Assembly (NCBI GenBank): GCA_036478295.1
Contig: JAZGDW010000171.1
Span: 1 to 28,109 of the forward strand
Direction of reading: 5' to 3'
Source: Candidatus Krumholzibacteriia bacterium
GTDB taxonomy: Bacteria; Krumholzibacteriota; Krumholzibacteriia; WVZY01
Length of the DNA: 28,109 nt
The notes under the pieces were generated by a model, which was not told the DNA's origin, did not search any database, and was given only the letters and a program-made list of their open reading frames with translations. The position numbers were made by a program, and so were the translations under genes. Below are positions 18,121 through 28,109 of this stretch, in pieces; the stretch's first letter is position 1, and every line of letters begins with the position of its first letter.

Positions 18121-18179
18121 TCAAGGCGAATTTAGGCGCAAGGCGGAGATTCGATCAAGCCAAATCAGAACACGGCCCC

Positions 18180-19262
18180 TCACGCGCGCTTGACGTCCAT
18201 CGCGTCCCGCAGCCCGTCGCCCAGCAGGTTGCACGCGACCACCGCCAGGACCAGCGCCAACCCCGGGAACGCCGATACCCACCAGGCGGACAAGAGAACG
18301 TCGCGGCCCTCGAAGACCATGCTTCCCCAGCTCGGTGTCGGCGGCTGCACGCCGAGACCCAGGAACGACAGGTAGGATTCGAGCAGTATTATCGTTCCCA
18401 CACGCAGGGTCGCCGCCACCACGACCGGACCCGCCGTATTGGGGAGGAGATGTTTCAAGACCACCCGCAGGCGCCCCGCTCCCGAGGCGTGCGCCGCCTG
18501 AACGAAATCCCTCTTTTTCAACGACAGCACTTCGGCTCGCACCAGGCGGGCGATTCCCATCCATCCTGTGGCGGCAAGCAGCGCCACCACCACCCACAGC
18601 GCATGGGCGAAAAACGCGAGCAGGGTAAGCATCAGCAACAGTCTTGGAAACGCGAGCAGCCCGTCGACCACGCGCATGGCGACATCATCCACCCACCCAC
18701 CGAAATACCCCGAAAAGGCACCGAAAAACAGACCGAGGAAGGAGGCGAAGACGACGGCGGCGACCGACACGGTCAGCGATACCCGCGAGCCGTACAAGAC
18801 ACGGCTGAAAAGGTCGCGGCCGAACTTGTCCGTGCCCATAGGGTGCTGCAGCGACGGAGCCTGGTAACGGTTGAGCGCGGGGTCGTGCTGTGCCGCGGGG
18901 TCGTAGGGCGCGATAATCGGTGACAAGAGTGACAGAACCAGGGCCGCCAGAAAAAACCACAGACCCACGACGGCGAGGCGATTCGTTCGAAAACGACCCT
19001 TCCAGGCGGCGAGCCGCCTGCGGTCGGGTTCACGACGGAGAAGTGCGGGGAACACGGCAGCCACATAAAGCAACACCGCGCCGATCATAATGATGAGCGC
19101 GCCGAGTCGGTTCTCGACCAGGGGCGATGCCGCCAGGTCGAGGAGCACCGGCAGCCTCACCAGGCAAACGGCCATATAGAGGAAGAAAAACAACCCGCCC
19201 GCCCGGCCCCACTCTGCACCGGGAACGAATCGCAGCCACTTTCTTTTAGAACTCTCGGACAT
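18180..19262 (-). CDS. oppC: Peptide/nickel ABC transporter permease (OppC/DppC type) with N-terminal extension
   Basis: HPMGTDKFGRDLFSRVLYGSRVSL, EAA-like FVQAAHASGA, LSFLGLGVQPPTPSWG, NLLGDGLRDAMD. Confidence 0.92.
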   Translation of the reverse strand: MSESSKRKWLRFVPGAEWGRAGGLFFFLYMAVCLVRLPVLLDLAASPLVENRLGALIIMIGAVLLYVAAVFPALLRREPDRRRLAAWKGRFRTNRLAVVGLWFFLAALVLSLLSPIIAPYDPAAQHDPALNRYQAPSLQHPMGTDKFGRDLFSRVLYGSRVSLTVSVAAVVFASFLGLFFGAFSGYFGGWVDDVAMRVVDGLLAFPRLLLMLTLLAFFAHALWVVVALLAATGWMGIARLVRAEVLSLKKRDFVQAAHASGAGRLRVVLKHLLPNTAGPVVVAATLRVGTIILLESYLSFLGLGVQPPTPSWGSMVFEGRDVLLSAWWVSAFPGLALVLAVVACNLLGDGLRDAMDVKRA

Positions 19263-19278
19263 CGCTCCAGCCTCGATT

Positions 19279-20256
19279 CTATCCCGCCCGCGGCTCGCCC
19301 CTCGACATCCTCATCCGCGGGTCGACCCACAGATAGGAAATATCCGCGAGGAGGTTGCCCAGGATTACCATCACCGCCGCGACAAAGTTGGCGGCCAGAA
19401 CCACGGGATAATCGCGCGTAAAGATGGCGTCCACCATCAACGCACCCATTCCCGGCCAGCCGAAGATCTTTTCTATCACAACGGCCCCCGCCAGGAGAAA
19501 AGGGACACTCAAACCAATGACGGTGAACAGCTGCGGCGCCGCGTTCTTGAGTGCGTGCCGCCACAGTATCCGTCCTTCCGAAAGACCCTTGGCCCGAGCC
19601 GTGCGGATGTATTCCTCGTGGAGCTGGTCGAGAAGACTGCCCCGCGCGTAGCGTGCCAGCGCGGCCGCGCTGCCCACTGCAAGAACCGTCACCGGCAGGA
19701 TCATGTGACGGAGGCGATCGGCAAACATCTGCGTGGTCGGCGTATGAACGGAAAACATGCCTGCAGCGGGAAGCCACTGCAGTTTCAACGCAAAAACGGA
19801 GACGAGCAAAAACGCCAGGTAGAACGACGGCAGCGAATACAACACGAGAAATACGACCGAGGCGGAGCGATCCAGCGAGCTTTCGCGCCGCATGGCGGAG
19901 AGCATTCCCAGTCCCATACCCAGGACAATCTGCAGCAGGAGCGCAATGCCGGTGAGCTGCAGCGTGCGCGGAATGGTTTCCTTCAGTATCTGCGCCACCG
20001 GCCGGCGCTGGTGGATGCTGATACCGAAATCTCCGCGGATGAAGCTCTGCAGGGTCTTCGCGTACTGCACGGGAAGCGGCCGATCAAGCCCCAGCTGGCG
20101 CCGCACGGTCTCCATCGCTGCGGGGTCGATGTCGGGGCTGTAGTAGCGGCCCAGCGGATCGCCGGGGGCAAGACGAATGATGAAGAACGTGGCGGTCAGG
20201 GTGATGAATACAAGAATGGCCGCGTGGACAGTGCGACGAAGGAGAAATCGGATCAT
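19279..20256 (-). CDS. oppB: Peptide/nickel ABC transporter permease (OppB/DppB type)
   Basis: LAPGDP, LGLDRPLPVQY, GDFGIS, EYIRTARAKGL, IEKIFGWPGMG, RDYPVV, VDPRMR. Confidence 0.92.
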   Translation of the reverse strand: MIRFLLRRTVHAAILVFITLTATFFIIRLAPGDPLGRYYSPDIDPAAMETVRRQLGLDRPLPVQYAKTLQSFIRGDFGISIHQRRPVAQILKETIPRTLQLTGIALLLQIVLGMGLGMLSAMRRESSLDRSASVVFLVLYSLPSFYLAFLLVSVFALKLQWLPAAGMFSVHTPTTQMFADRLRHMILPVTVLAVGSAAALARYARGSLLDQLHEEYIRTARAKGLSEGRILWRHALKNAAPQLFTVIGLSVPFLLAGAVVIEKIFGWPGMGALMVDAIFTRDYPVVLAANFVAAVMVILGNLLADISYLWVDPRMRMSRGEPRAG

Positions 20257-20300
20257 AGCGTGCTCCCGCTTCGACGTGTCGACCAGGCGCGGTGGCTACC

Positions 20301-20425
20301 GAGGCAAGGCAGGAACAGCGGTTCTCCGGCTCAGACAGTCCTCGGCGCACGAACTTCGTGCCCACGAATTGCTGGGTTGCGCGCCTGCGGAACTCGCCTG
20401 AGAACCGCTGTTCCTGCCTTGCCTC
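20301..20425 (-). repeat. ~125-nt structured hairpin element, copy 2 (inverted relative to copy 1)
   Basis: 26-bp perfect inverted repeat 20301-20326/20400-20425. On the minus strand the core is GTTCTCAGGCGAGTTCCGCAGGCGCGCAA-N22-GTTCGTGCGCCGAGGACTGTCTGAGC, with both blocks identical to copy 1. Confidence 0.9.
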
Positions 20426-20432
20426 CGCCAGA

Positions 20433-21881
20433 CTATGCCTCGGGACAGTTCAACGGCGCGGCGAGGATCGGTTTTCGATTCGCCGTCGCTTCGTCCAACC
20501 GCCGGACCGGGGTATTGTACGGCGCCCCCTTCAACAGGTCCGGATCCTCCACCGCCTCGCGGGCGATCTGTTTCATGACGGTGACGAAGTGATCGAGTGT
20601 TTCCTTGCTTTCCGTTTCAGTCGGTTCGATCATGATCGCCTCCCGGACCACCATGGGAAAGTAGATCGTCGGCGCGTGGTACCCGAAATCGAGAAGACGC
20701 TTGGCGATGTCCAGGGTTCGCACACCGTGTGCCCGGAAGGACTCACCGGAGGCGACGAACTCGTGCATGCAACGCTTGCCATACGGAATTGGAAAGAGTT
20801 CCGCGAGCTCGCTCGCCAGGTAGTTGGCGTTCAGGTTCGCGGTCGCCGCGACGCGGCGCAATCCCTCCGCGCCGTGGCGGACTATGTAACAGAGCGCGCG
20901 CAGGTAAATCCCGAAATTGCCGTAGAAGGAGTGGATGGCTCCGACGCTGTCCGGGTTGTCATCGTCGAACCGAAAACGTTTGCCCACTTTACGCACCCTG
21001 GGGACCGGCAGGAATCGGGCGAGAGATTCTTTTACGCCAATCGGGCCCGACCCCGGCCCACCGCCACCGTGAGGAGTGGAAAAGGTCTTATGCAGGTTGA
21101 CATGCATCATATCGAAACCGAAGTCCCCCGGTCGTGCCCACCCGAGCAAGGCGTTCAGGTTGGCACCGTCCATGTAGCATAACGCACCGCGGGCATGGGC
21201 CAGCTCGAGGATCTCACCGATGCGGCTCTCGAAAATCCCCAGAGTGTTCGGCACGGTGAGCATGAGGACGGCCGTGTCTTTGTCGAGTGAACTATTCAGC
21301 ACGTCCATGTCGACTTCACCGTCTTTCGCTGATGGCACCGCTTGATCGTGGTATCCAACCATTTGTACGCTGGCTGGATTGGTGCCGTGCGCTGAGTCGG
21401 CCACCAGTACTTTGCTGCGAGATTCACCGCGGTCCTGGAAATACTTCTTCGCTATCATCATTCCCACCAATTCACCGTGCGCCCCCGCCGCTGTGTTCAG
21501 CGAGAAAGCGTCCATGCCGACGATACCGCAGAGTTGTTTCTCCAGCGTGTAGATGACTTCCAGCGCACCCTGCACATCGGTTCCCATCTGTTCCGGGTGC
21601 AGGCCTGCGAATCCCTTCATCGACGCGACGTCTTCGTTCACTTTGGGGTTGTACTTCATCGTACAGCTCCCCAGCGGATACAGATTCTTGTCGATGTGGT
21701 GGTTGCGTACGGAGAGTTCCGTAAAATGGCGTACGACGCCCGGCTCGCTGACTTCGGGCAGTCGTGGGGGCGCCTTGCGCAGGTATTCGCGGGCAACGTC
21801 TACCGGGCCCGCGGCCGGCTCGTCGGCAAATCGGAACCCCCTCCGGCCTTTGCGACTCATTTCGAACAGTGTCTTCGACAT
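20433..21881 (-). CDS. gcvPB: Glycine cleavage system P protein subunit 2
   Basis: YPLGSCTMKYNP, SAHGTNPAS, PLP-lysine motif NLHKTFSTPHGGGGPG, MIEPTETESKE. ATG 21881 preferred over GTG 21896. Confidence 0.97.
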   Translation of the reverse strand: MSKTLFEMSRKGRRGFRFADEPAAGPVDVAREYLRKAPPRLPEVSEPGVVRHFTELSVRNHHIDKNLYPLGSCTMKYNPKVNEDVASMKGFAGLHPEQMGTDVQGALEVIYTLEKQLCGIVGMDAFSLNTAAGAHGELVGMMIAKKYFQDRGESRSKVLVADSAHGTNPASVQMVGYHDQAVPSAKDGEVDMDVLNSSLDKDTAVLMLTVPNTLGIFESRIGEILELAHARGALCYMDGANLNALLGWARPGDFGFDMMHVNLHKTFSTPHGGGGPGSGPIGVKESLARFLPVPRVRKVGKRFRFDDDNPDSVGAIHSFYGNFGIYLRALCYIVRHGAEGLRRVAATANLNANYLASELAELFPIPYGKRCMHEFVASGESFRAHGVRTLDIAKRLLDFGYHAPTIYFPMVVREAIMIEPTETESKETLDHFVTVMKQIAREAVEDPDLLKGAPYNTPVRRLDEATANRKPILAAPLNCPEA

Positions 21882-21892
21882 CTCGCAAGCCC

Positions 21893-23236
21893 TCACGTTT
21901 TCCTCAGCAGGTCGCAGAGGCGGTTAAAGTCATCTTCGGTTCGCTTCTCCGTCACCGCGATGAGCAGGTCGTTTCTCGAGTCGTCGCCGAAATACTTTGC
22001 CAGTGGGATACCGGCCAGGATTCCCGAAGCGCGGGCGTCGTCCACGATCAACTGCGCGTCCACCGGGCAGCGGACGACGAATTCGCGAAAGAACGGCCCG
22101 GGGTAACGGAGTGAATACCCCGCACAGGATGTAATCATCGACGCCAACCGGTGCGCTTTTGCGTGACAGATTCCGCCCAGCTGATGGAATCCCGTCTCTC
22201 CCAGCAGCGCCATGTAAATCGTCGAGCGCAACGCCACCAGTCCCTGGTTGGTACAGATGTTCGACGTCGCCTTTCCGCGTCGGATGTGCTGCTCGCGTGT
22301 CTGTAGGGTCAACGTATAGGCCCGCTTGCCGTCGATGTCGCGCGTCTCGCTTACCAATCGTCCGGGCAAGCTCCGGATGTATTTTTGATCGCAGGCCATG
22401 AAACCGAGCAGCGGGCCTCCGAAATTCGGGTGGTTGCCGAGACCCTGCCCCTCTCCGACGGCGATGTCCGCGCCGTACTCGCCGGGGGGCTGGAACAGCG
22501 CCAGCGACAGAGGATCCACCGCCACCACGAGCAGCGCGCCTGCTTCGCGGATTGCGTCACGGTAACGCCAAGGTGACTCCAGCACACCGAAATAGTTCGG
22601 GGTCTGCACGACAACGCCGGCCACGTCGTCACCTAGCGACTTGCGGAGGACCGCGTCGTCGATGCCGCCGTCGGCCGTCGCCGGCAACGGCGTCAGTTCC
22701 AGTTCTTGCTGGGTGACGTACGTGGTCAGCACCTGCTGGTAACGGGGGTTGATGTTCTCCGAAAAGAGAAGTCTCGATCGGCCGGTGGCCTTGGCGGCCA
22801 TGAGGGCTGATTCGGCGAGTGCCGTCGCCGCGTCGTACATCGAGGCGTTCGCGACCGGCAGGCCCGTCAACCGGGAGATCATGGTTTGGTATTCAAAAAT
22901 AACCTGTAGAGTGCCCTGACTGACTTCCGCCTGGTAGGGGGTGTAAGCGGTATAGAACTCCGAGCGCGCGCTCAGATGATTGACCGCCGACGGAACAACA
23001 TGATCGTAAATCCCGCCACCGAGAAAACTCACCATGTCGCCCGCAGCGCTATTGCGGCCTGCCAACGCTTCAAAGTGCCGGATGGTCTCGAACTCGCTAA
23101 AGCCGGGTCCGATCGGCAGGGTCTCGTTCATGCGGTACTTGCTGGGGATCCCGTCGAACAATTCTTCTTCCGATGTGAGACCCATCGCCTGCAGCATGCT
23201 TCGCCGGTCTTCGTCCGTATGGTAGAGGTACGGCAT
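21893..23236 (-). CDS. gcvPA: Glycine cleavage system P protein subunit 1
   Basis: EFYTAYTPYQAEVSQGTLQ, NASMYD, LQTREQHIRRGKATSNICTNQ. Confidence 0.97.
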   Translation of the reverse strand: MPYLYHTDEDRRSMLQAMGLTSEEELFDGIPSKYRMNETLPIGPGFSEFETIRHFEALAGRNSAAGDMVSFLGGGIYDHVVPSAVNHLSARSEFYTAYTPYQAEVSQGTLQVIFEYQTMISRLTGLPVANASMYDAATALAESALMAAKATGRSRLLFSENINPRYQQVLTTYVTQQELELTPLPATADGGIDDAVLRKSLGDDVAGVVVQTPNYFGVLESPWRYRDAIREAGALLVVAVDPLSLALFQPPGEYGADIAVGEGQGLGNHPNFGGPLLGFMACDQKYIRSLPGRLVSETRDIDGKRAYTLTLQTREQHIRRGKATSNICTNQGLVALRSTIYMALLGETGFHQLGGICHAKAHRLASMITSCAGYSLRYPGPFFREFVVRCPVDAQLIVDDARASGILAGIPLAKYFGDDSRNDLLIAVTEKRTEDDFNRLCDLLRKT

Positions 23237-23238
23237 CC

Positions 23239-23625
23239 CTATTCCTTCCCAACCATCTCCTGGTACTCCTCGTGCTTCATCAATCGCTCGAGTTCATCAG
23301 GGTTGGCGATTTGCGCTTTCAAGAACCAACCTTCCTCGTACGGGCTTCGATTGACCATTTCGGGGTTGTCCTCCAGTTCGGCGTTGGCTTGCTTGACCAC
23401 GCCCGACACGGGAGCGAAAATATCGGCGACGGTCTTGACCGCTTCAATGGTGCCCATCTGCTCCCCGGCTTTTATTTCACTACCCACCGCCGGCAACTCA
23501 ACGAATACGATATCCCCGAGTTCGCTGGATGCAAAGTCGGTGATACCGATCGTCACCACATCCGAATCTTCCTCGAACCGCACCCACTCGTGCTCTTTGG
23601 TAAAGCGCACGCGCTCGAAATTCAT
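23239..23625 (-). CDS. gcvH: Glycine cleavage system H protein
   Basis: FTKEHEWV, GITDFA, LGDIVFVELP, lipoyl-lysine IEAVKT, PYEEGW. Confidence 0.97.
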   Translation of the reverse strand: MNFERVRFTKEHEWVRFEEDSDVVTIGITDFASSELGDIVFVELPAVGSEIKAGEQMGTIEAVKTVADIFAPVSGVVKQANAELEDNPEMVNRSPYEEGWFLKAQIANPDELERLMKHEEYQEMVGKE

Positions 23626-23689
23626 CTATTGCTCCTTTTCAATTGCTCTAAAGACGCCAGTTCTGCGCTGCCGCCAGGACAGTGTCGCG

Positions 23690-24802
23690 CTATTTCGCCC
23701 GGCTCTCATAAAATGGCAGCGCCGTCATCCGTGCCGGCAGCGTCTTGCCACGAACATCGATGCGATACTCGGTCGTCGTTTCTGCGCTCACCCGGTCTAC
23801 CAGCGCCATGCACAAGCTCTTCCGCAGCGTCGGCGAAAAGCCGCCGCTAGTCACCCTGCCGATCTCGTCACCATCCCCAAGAACCACGTAGCCCTGACGA
23901 GCGATGCGGCGTCCTTCAATCTCGAAGCCCACCAGTTTCCGGCGCGGGCCCCTCTTTTTTTCTTCGCGCAGCGAGGCCAACCCGCGGAAACTTTCCTTCT
24001 TCAGCTTGACCACCCACCCCAGACCAGCCTCGAGCGGTGTAGTATTGTCGTCCAGCTCATGGCCATAGAGGCAGAACGAGGCCTCGAAACGAAGCGTGTC
24101 CCGCGCGCCCAGTCCGACGGGTTCGATCCCGTGCACACCTCCCACCTTCATGATTTCTTTCCACAGCGCAACCGCGCGGGGAGTAGGCACAAAAATCTCA
24201 AAACCGAGTTCACCGGTGTAACCGGTGCGCGACATCAGGATCTCTCCGCCCTCGCTCACAAAACGGAATCCGTGGTAATACGCCGTATCGGCCAGCTGTC
24301 GCTCGGCCGGCGCAAACGCGGGGCATGAGCGGAGAATCTCGACGCTTCTCGGCCCTTGCACGGCGATTAGCGCGTAGTGCTCGCTCCGGTCGGTGATTTC
24401 GACGCCGCTCATATCGAACGTGCGTATGTGGGCCAGATCTTTCTCGATATTCGCCGCGTTGACGACGAGCATGACGCGGTCCTCGTCGAGCACAAATACG
24501 AGCAGGTCGTCCACCACCGTGCCGTCCTCACGGCACATCACCGTGTACTGCAGATCCCCCGGTGCGAGTTTCGTCGTGTCGTTCGTCACCACTTCGTTGA
24601 CGAACGCTTTCGCCCGGTCACCGGTAACCACGAGCTCGCCCATATGGCTCACATCGAAGAGACCGGCACGCTCACGAACTGCGGCGTGTTCCGCGAGGAT
24701 ACTGCCATACGCGACGGGCATCGCGTAGCCCGCGAAACCCACCATCTTCGCGCCGAGCGCCCGGTGGACTTCGGCGAACGGCGTCTCTTTCAGATCACGC
24801 AT
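23690..24802 (-). CDS. gcvT: Glycine cleavage system T protein (aminomethyltransferase)
   Basis: GLFDVSHMGE, SRTGYTGELGFE, GLGARDTLRFEA, LYGHEL. ATG 24802 follows GGGGAG (ORF track start 24808). Confidence 0.97.
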   Translation of the reverse strand: MRDLKETPFAEVHRALGAKMVGFAGYAMPVAYGSILAEHAAVRERAGLFDVSHMGELVVTGDRAKAFVNEVVTNDTTKLAPGDLQYTVMCREDGTVVDDLLVFVLDEDRVMLVVNAANIEKDLAHIRTFDMSGVEITDRSEHYALIAVQGPRSVEILRSCPAFAPAERQLADTAYYHGFRFVSEGGEILMSRTGYTGELGFEIFVPTPRAVALWKEIMKVGGVHGIEPVGLGARDTLRFEASFCLYGHELDDNTTPLEAGLGWVVKLKKESFRGLASLREEKKRGPRRKLVGFEIEGRRIARQGYVVLGDGDEIGRVTSGGFSPTLRKSLCMALVDRVSAETTTEYRIDVRGKTLPARMTALPFYESRAK

Positions 24803-24867
24803 CGACACTCCCCGGGGACACCTCGCGTCCGGTACGCACCGGCGAACACGACGCCACTACCCTAGGC

Positions 24868-27726
24868 TCAAGCGGCACTCATACCCCTCGGCCTGGCGGC
24901 GCCGTTCGCATCGCCACCCAAGGACCTTAGCATGTCGCCGGTGTGCGACCGCTCGCACTGCATTATATCAGAAGGGGTACCCGCCGCGACCACTTCGCCA
25001 CCCTCATCCCCACCTTCGGGCCCGAGGTCAATGATATGGTCTGAGGCCAATATTACATCGGGGTTGTGCTCAATCACAACCACCGTATTCCCCTTATCCA
25101 CAAGTTTATTGAGCACGTCGAGCAGCATGCGCACGTCCTCGTGGTGGAGCCCCGTCGTGGGTTCGTCGAGCAGGTACAGGGTCTGGCCCGTACCACGTTT
25201 GGAAAGCTCCGCGGACAGCTTGACGCGCTGCGCTTCGCCGCCGGAGAGGGTGGTCGCCGGTTGACCGAGGTGGATATATCCGAGGCCAACGGACTCAAGA
25301 GTCTCACATTTGCGTCTGATCGCTGGAATGTTCGCGAAAAGATCCAGCGCCTCCTCGACGGTCAGGTTCAACACCTCGGAAATGTTGTGACCCTTGTAAG
25401 TAACTTCCAGCGTTTCCTGATTGTAGCGCCTGCCCTTGCACACTTCGCACTTAACGTAGACGTCGGGCAGGAAGTGCATCTCCACCTTGATCAACCCGTC
25501 CCCCTGGCACCGTTCGCAGCGACCTCCGGCGACGTTGAAGCTGAAGCGGCCCACTTTGTATCCTCGTACCCGGCTCTCGGCCAGCTGGGCGAAGAGATCA
25601 CGGATCGGTGTGAACATGCCGGTGTAGGTCGCGGGATTGGAACGCGGCGTCCTGCCGATGGGTGACTGGTCGATATCGATGACCTTGTCGACGTGCTCGA
25701 CGCCCCGGATCGCGCGGTGACTGCCCGGAAACACGTGGCTGTTGTAGAAATGTCTTCGCAGAGCGCGAAAGAGGATGTCGTTGATGAGCGTGCTCTTGCC
25801 CGATCCGCTGACCCCGGTGACGCACGTGAACACGCCGAGCGGCAGCGAGACTTCGATGTCCTTGAGGTTGTTCTCCGAGGCACCGTCGATAACCAGTGTC
25901 TTCCCGTTGCCGGTACGCGCACCGCCCGGGCGGCGCGGCGGCCCATCCAGCCGTAGGTATTTACCGGTAAGACTCTTCTCCGAGCGTTTGATGTCTTCCA
26001 CGCTGCCCTGCGCTACCACCTCTCCGCCGTGGAGCCCCGCGGCCGGGCCCAGATCAACGATGTGGTCGGCGGCCAGGATCGTGTCGCGGTCATGCTCGAT
26101 CACCACCACGGTGTTGCCGAGATCGCGCAACTCCTTCAGCGTCCGAATCAGCCGCCCATTGTCACGATGGTGCAGGCCGATACTGGGTTCGTCGAGGATG
26201 TAGAGAACCCCCATCAACCGGGAACCGATTTGCGTAGCCAGTCGCAGGCGCTGCGCCTCGCCACCCGCCAGGGTGGTCGCGCTCCTCTCCAGCGACAGGT
26301 ACCCCAGGCCAACGTCGTAGAGAAACTTCAGACGCTGCGAAATCTCTCTGAGGATAGTTTCGGCGACGATTTGCTGGTTGTCCTCGAACATCAGACTATC
26401 GAAGAAGGTCCGCACGCTCTTGATGCTCAAACGGCACACTTCGGCGATGTTGTGACCGGCAATCCGTACGGCCAGGCCCTCCGGCTTGAGACGCGAGCCC
26501 CCGCATGCCGAGCACGACTCCGTGCTCATGTAGGATTGAATCCACTTGCGGACGCTTTCCGAACTCGTCTGCCGGTACCGGCGATGCAGCCACGGGATCA
26601 GTCCCTCGTACGTGGACCGGTAGTCTCCCTTTACCTTTTCGAAATCCAACTGGATGACGATGTCCTCGTCCGAGCCGTACAGGACGGCATCGGTGGCCCG
26701 TTTGCTGAGCTTCTCATAGGGCACGTCGAGATCGAACCCGTACTTCTTGCCCAACGCCTTGAGCTGCGACTTGCCCCACTCGCCACGCAGCCTGCCGAGC
26801 GGCGCCAACGCGCCTTCCCCGAGCGACCTCGTGGCGTCGGGCACGAGCAGTTCCATGTTGAACTCCATGCGCGTGCCCAGCCCGCTGCATTCCACGCAGG
26901 CGCCGTAAGGCGAGTTGAACGAAAACAGCCTGGGCGACAACTCGCCGAAACCGACGTTGCAGTACGGACAGGCGAAATGCTGGCTGAACAGTACTTCCTT
27001 TTTTCCCGGCAGCAGGACCCGTACAAGGCCGTCGGAAAACCCGGCGGCGGTTTCCAGAGAATCTGTGATGCGTTTCTTGTTCTTGGCGGAAACGGTCAGA
27101 CGATCCACGACGATCTCGATGTCGTGTTTTTTTTGCTTGCTAAGGGCAGGAGGGTCGTCGATGTCGCAGGTCTCACCGTCGACGCGAACGCGTACGAACC
27201 CCGCCTTCTGAACTCTCGCGAACACCTGGCGATGCTCCCCCTTGCGACCGCGTATAACGGGCGACATGATGGTCACCCGGCTGCCAGCCGGCAGTCCACA
27301 GATCCTCTCGGCCATCGAGGTAACGCTCTGCTGTGAAATCACCCGACCGCACTTGTGACAGTGGGGTGTTCCAACGCGCGCGAAGAGGAGACGCAGGTAG
27401 TCGTAGATCTCCGTCATGGTACCCACGGTCGAGCGCGGGTTGCGCGAAATCGTTTTCTGTTCGATGGAAATGGCGGGGGAGAGGCCCTCGATGCGGTCCA
27501 CATCGGGCTTCTCCATCTGGCCGAGGAACTGGCGCGCGTAGGCGCTCAGGCTCTCGACGTAGCGCCGCTGCCCCTCAGCATAGATCGTATCGAAAGCGAG
27601 CGATGACTTGCCCGAACCACTGAGCCCCGTAATGACGATGAACCGGTTGCGGGGCAGCGACAGGCTGATGTTCTTGAGATTGTGCTCTCTGGCTCCTCGT
27701 ATGACGAGGTCGCGCTTTGCGTGCAT
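24868..27726 (-). CDS. uvrA: Excinuclease ABC subunit A
   Basis: GAREHNLKN, two Walker A motifs ([16 protein letters not shown]), zinc-finger CxxC pairs, [18 protein letters not shown]. True start ATG 27726 ([11 protein letters not shown]); the ORF-track extension overlaps asnS. Confidence 0.98.
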   Translation of the reverse strand: MHAKRDLVIRGAREHNLKNISLSLPRNRFIVITGLSGSGKSSLAFDTIYAEGQRRYVESLSAYARQFLGQMEKPDVDRIEGLSPAISIEQKTISRNPRSTVGTMTEIYDYLRLLFARVGTPHCHKCGRVISQQSVTSMAERICGLPAGSRVTIMSPVIRGRKGEHRQVFARVQKAGFVRVRVDGETCDIDDPPALSKQKKHDIEIVVDRLTVSAKNKKRITDSLETAAGFSDGLVRVLLPGKKEVLFSQHFACPYCNVGFGELSPRLFSFNSPYGACVECSGLGTRMEFNMELLVPDATRSLGEGALAPLGRLRGEWGKSQLKALGKKYGFDLDVPYEKLSKRATDAVLYGSDEDIVIQLDFEKVKGDYRSTYEGLIPWLHRRYRQTSSESVRKWIQSYMSTESCSACGGSRLKPEGLAVRIAGHNIAEVCRLSIKSVRTFFDSLMFEDNQQIVAETILREISQRLKFLYDVGLGYLSLERSATTLAGGEAQRLRLATQIGSRLMGVLYILDEPSIGLHHRDNGRLIRTLKELRDLGNTVVVIEHDRDTILAADHIVDLGPAAGLHGGEVVAQGSVEDIKRSEKSLTGKYLRLDGPPRRPGGARTGNGKTLVIDGASENNLKDIEVSLPLGVFTCVTGVSGSGKSTLINDILFRALRRHFYNSHVFPGSHRAIRGVEHVDKVIDIDQSPIGRTPRSNPATYTGMFTPIRDLFAQLAESRVRGYKVGRFSFNVAGGRCERCQGDGLIKVEMHFLPDVYVKCEVCKGRRYNQETLEVTYKGHNISEVLNLTVEEALDLFANIPAIRRKCETLESVGLGYIHLGQPATTLSGGEAQRVKLSAELSKRGTGQTLYLLDEPTTGLHHEDVRMLLDVLNKLVDKGNTVVVIEHNPDVILASDHIIDLGPEGGDEGGEVVAAGTPSDIMQCERSHTGDMLRSLGGDANGAARPRGMSAA

Positions 27727-27761
27727 GTTCTTGTTTCCCCCGGAGATTGCTACGCGTTGCC

Positions 27762-28109
27762 CTAGGGACTGAGGCGGTTCAACAGTCTCGGAAACGGGAT
27801 GGCTTCTCGCAGGTGCTTGATCCCGCAAATATAGGCCACGGTGCGTTCGAGCCCGAGCCCGAAACCCGAATGCGGCACCGACCCGTACCGTCGCAGATCC
27901 GTGTACCATTTGAACGCCTCCGCGGGCAGGTCGTGCTCCTCTATCCGCCGCTCGAGCAGGTCGAGATCGCTGATGCGCTCACCGCCACCGATCACTTCGC
28001 CGTAACCCTCCGGCGCCAGCATGTCGACGGACAGACAGTAGTCGGCGTTGTCCGGGTCCGGCTGCATGTAGAACGCCTTTATGGCACTCGGGTAGTGATG
28101 AACGAGGAG
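27762..28109 (-). CDS. asnS: Asparagine--tRNA ligase, C-terminal part (5' end outside window)
   Basis: Frame open to the window edge: [19 protein letters not shown]...[17 protein letters not shown]...[22 protein letters not shown]...IPFPR (class IIb motif 3). Confidence 0.9.
   Translation of the reverse strand, partial: LLVHHYPSAIKAFYMQPDPDNADYCLSVDMLAPEGYGEVIGGGERISDLDLLERRIEEHDLPAEAFKWYTDLRRYGSVPHSGFGLGLERTVAYICGIKHLREAIPFPRLLNRLSP

Noticed and set aside
18112..18122. Identical 11-mer CATCGACACTC at the starts of oppD and gcvT (24800-24810)
   Set aside because: Short and partly constrained by start codon and RBS; compatible with chance.
20301..20425. Hairpin element as an integron attC site or rho-independent terminator
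   Set aside because: No RYYYAAC...GTTRRRY terminal arrangement, no cassette array or integrase, and no U-tract after the stem on either strand.
27727..27909. 61-aa N-terminal extension of UvrA, and the 89-aa extension of OppF (17127-17393)
   Set aside because: Both overlap the upstream gene, and family similarity begins at the downstream ATG.

Overview
A GC-rich bacterial chromosomal window in which every credible gene lies on the minus strand. The gene set (PorV/PorQ-type barrel, GWxTD proteins, split gcvPA/gcvPB) suggests an FCB-superphylum or related candidate-phylum diderm; this is inference. In transcription order (right to left): 3' end of asnS, uvrA, gcvT-gcvH-gcvPA-gcvPB, an oppBCDF-type peptide/nickel ABC transporter with no binding-protein gene, then a ~16 kb envelope locus. 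That locus encodes a TonB-dependent receptor, a PorV/PorQ-family beta-barrel, a GWxTD-domain protein, exbB-exbD-exbD-tonB, a TolC + ATPase + adaptor + two MacB-type permeases, and a second GWxTD-domain gene running off the left edge (missed by the ORF track). Two near-consensus sigma70 promoters are visible, one overlapped by a palindromic operator. The most unusual non-coding signal is a ~125-nt hairpin element present twice in opposite orientations (2632-2755, 20301-20425), with an invariant core but different, fully paired outer stems. The first copy is nested in a 485-bp intergenic mosaic of inverted and direct repeats separating the two permease genes.
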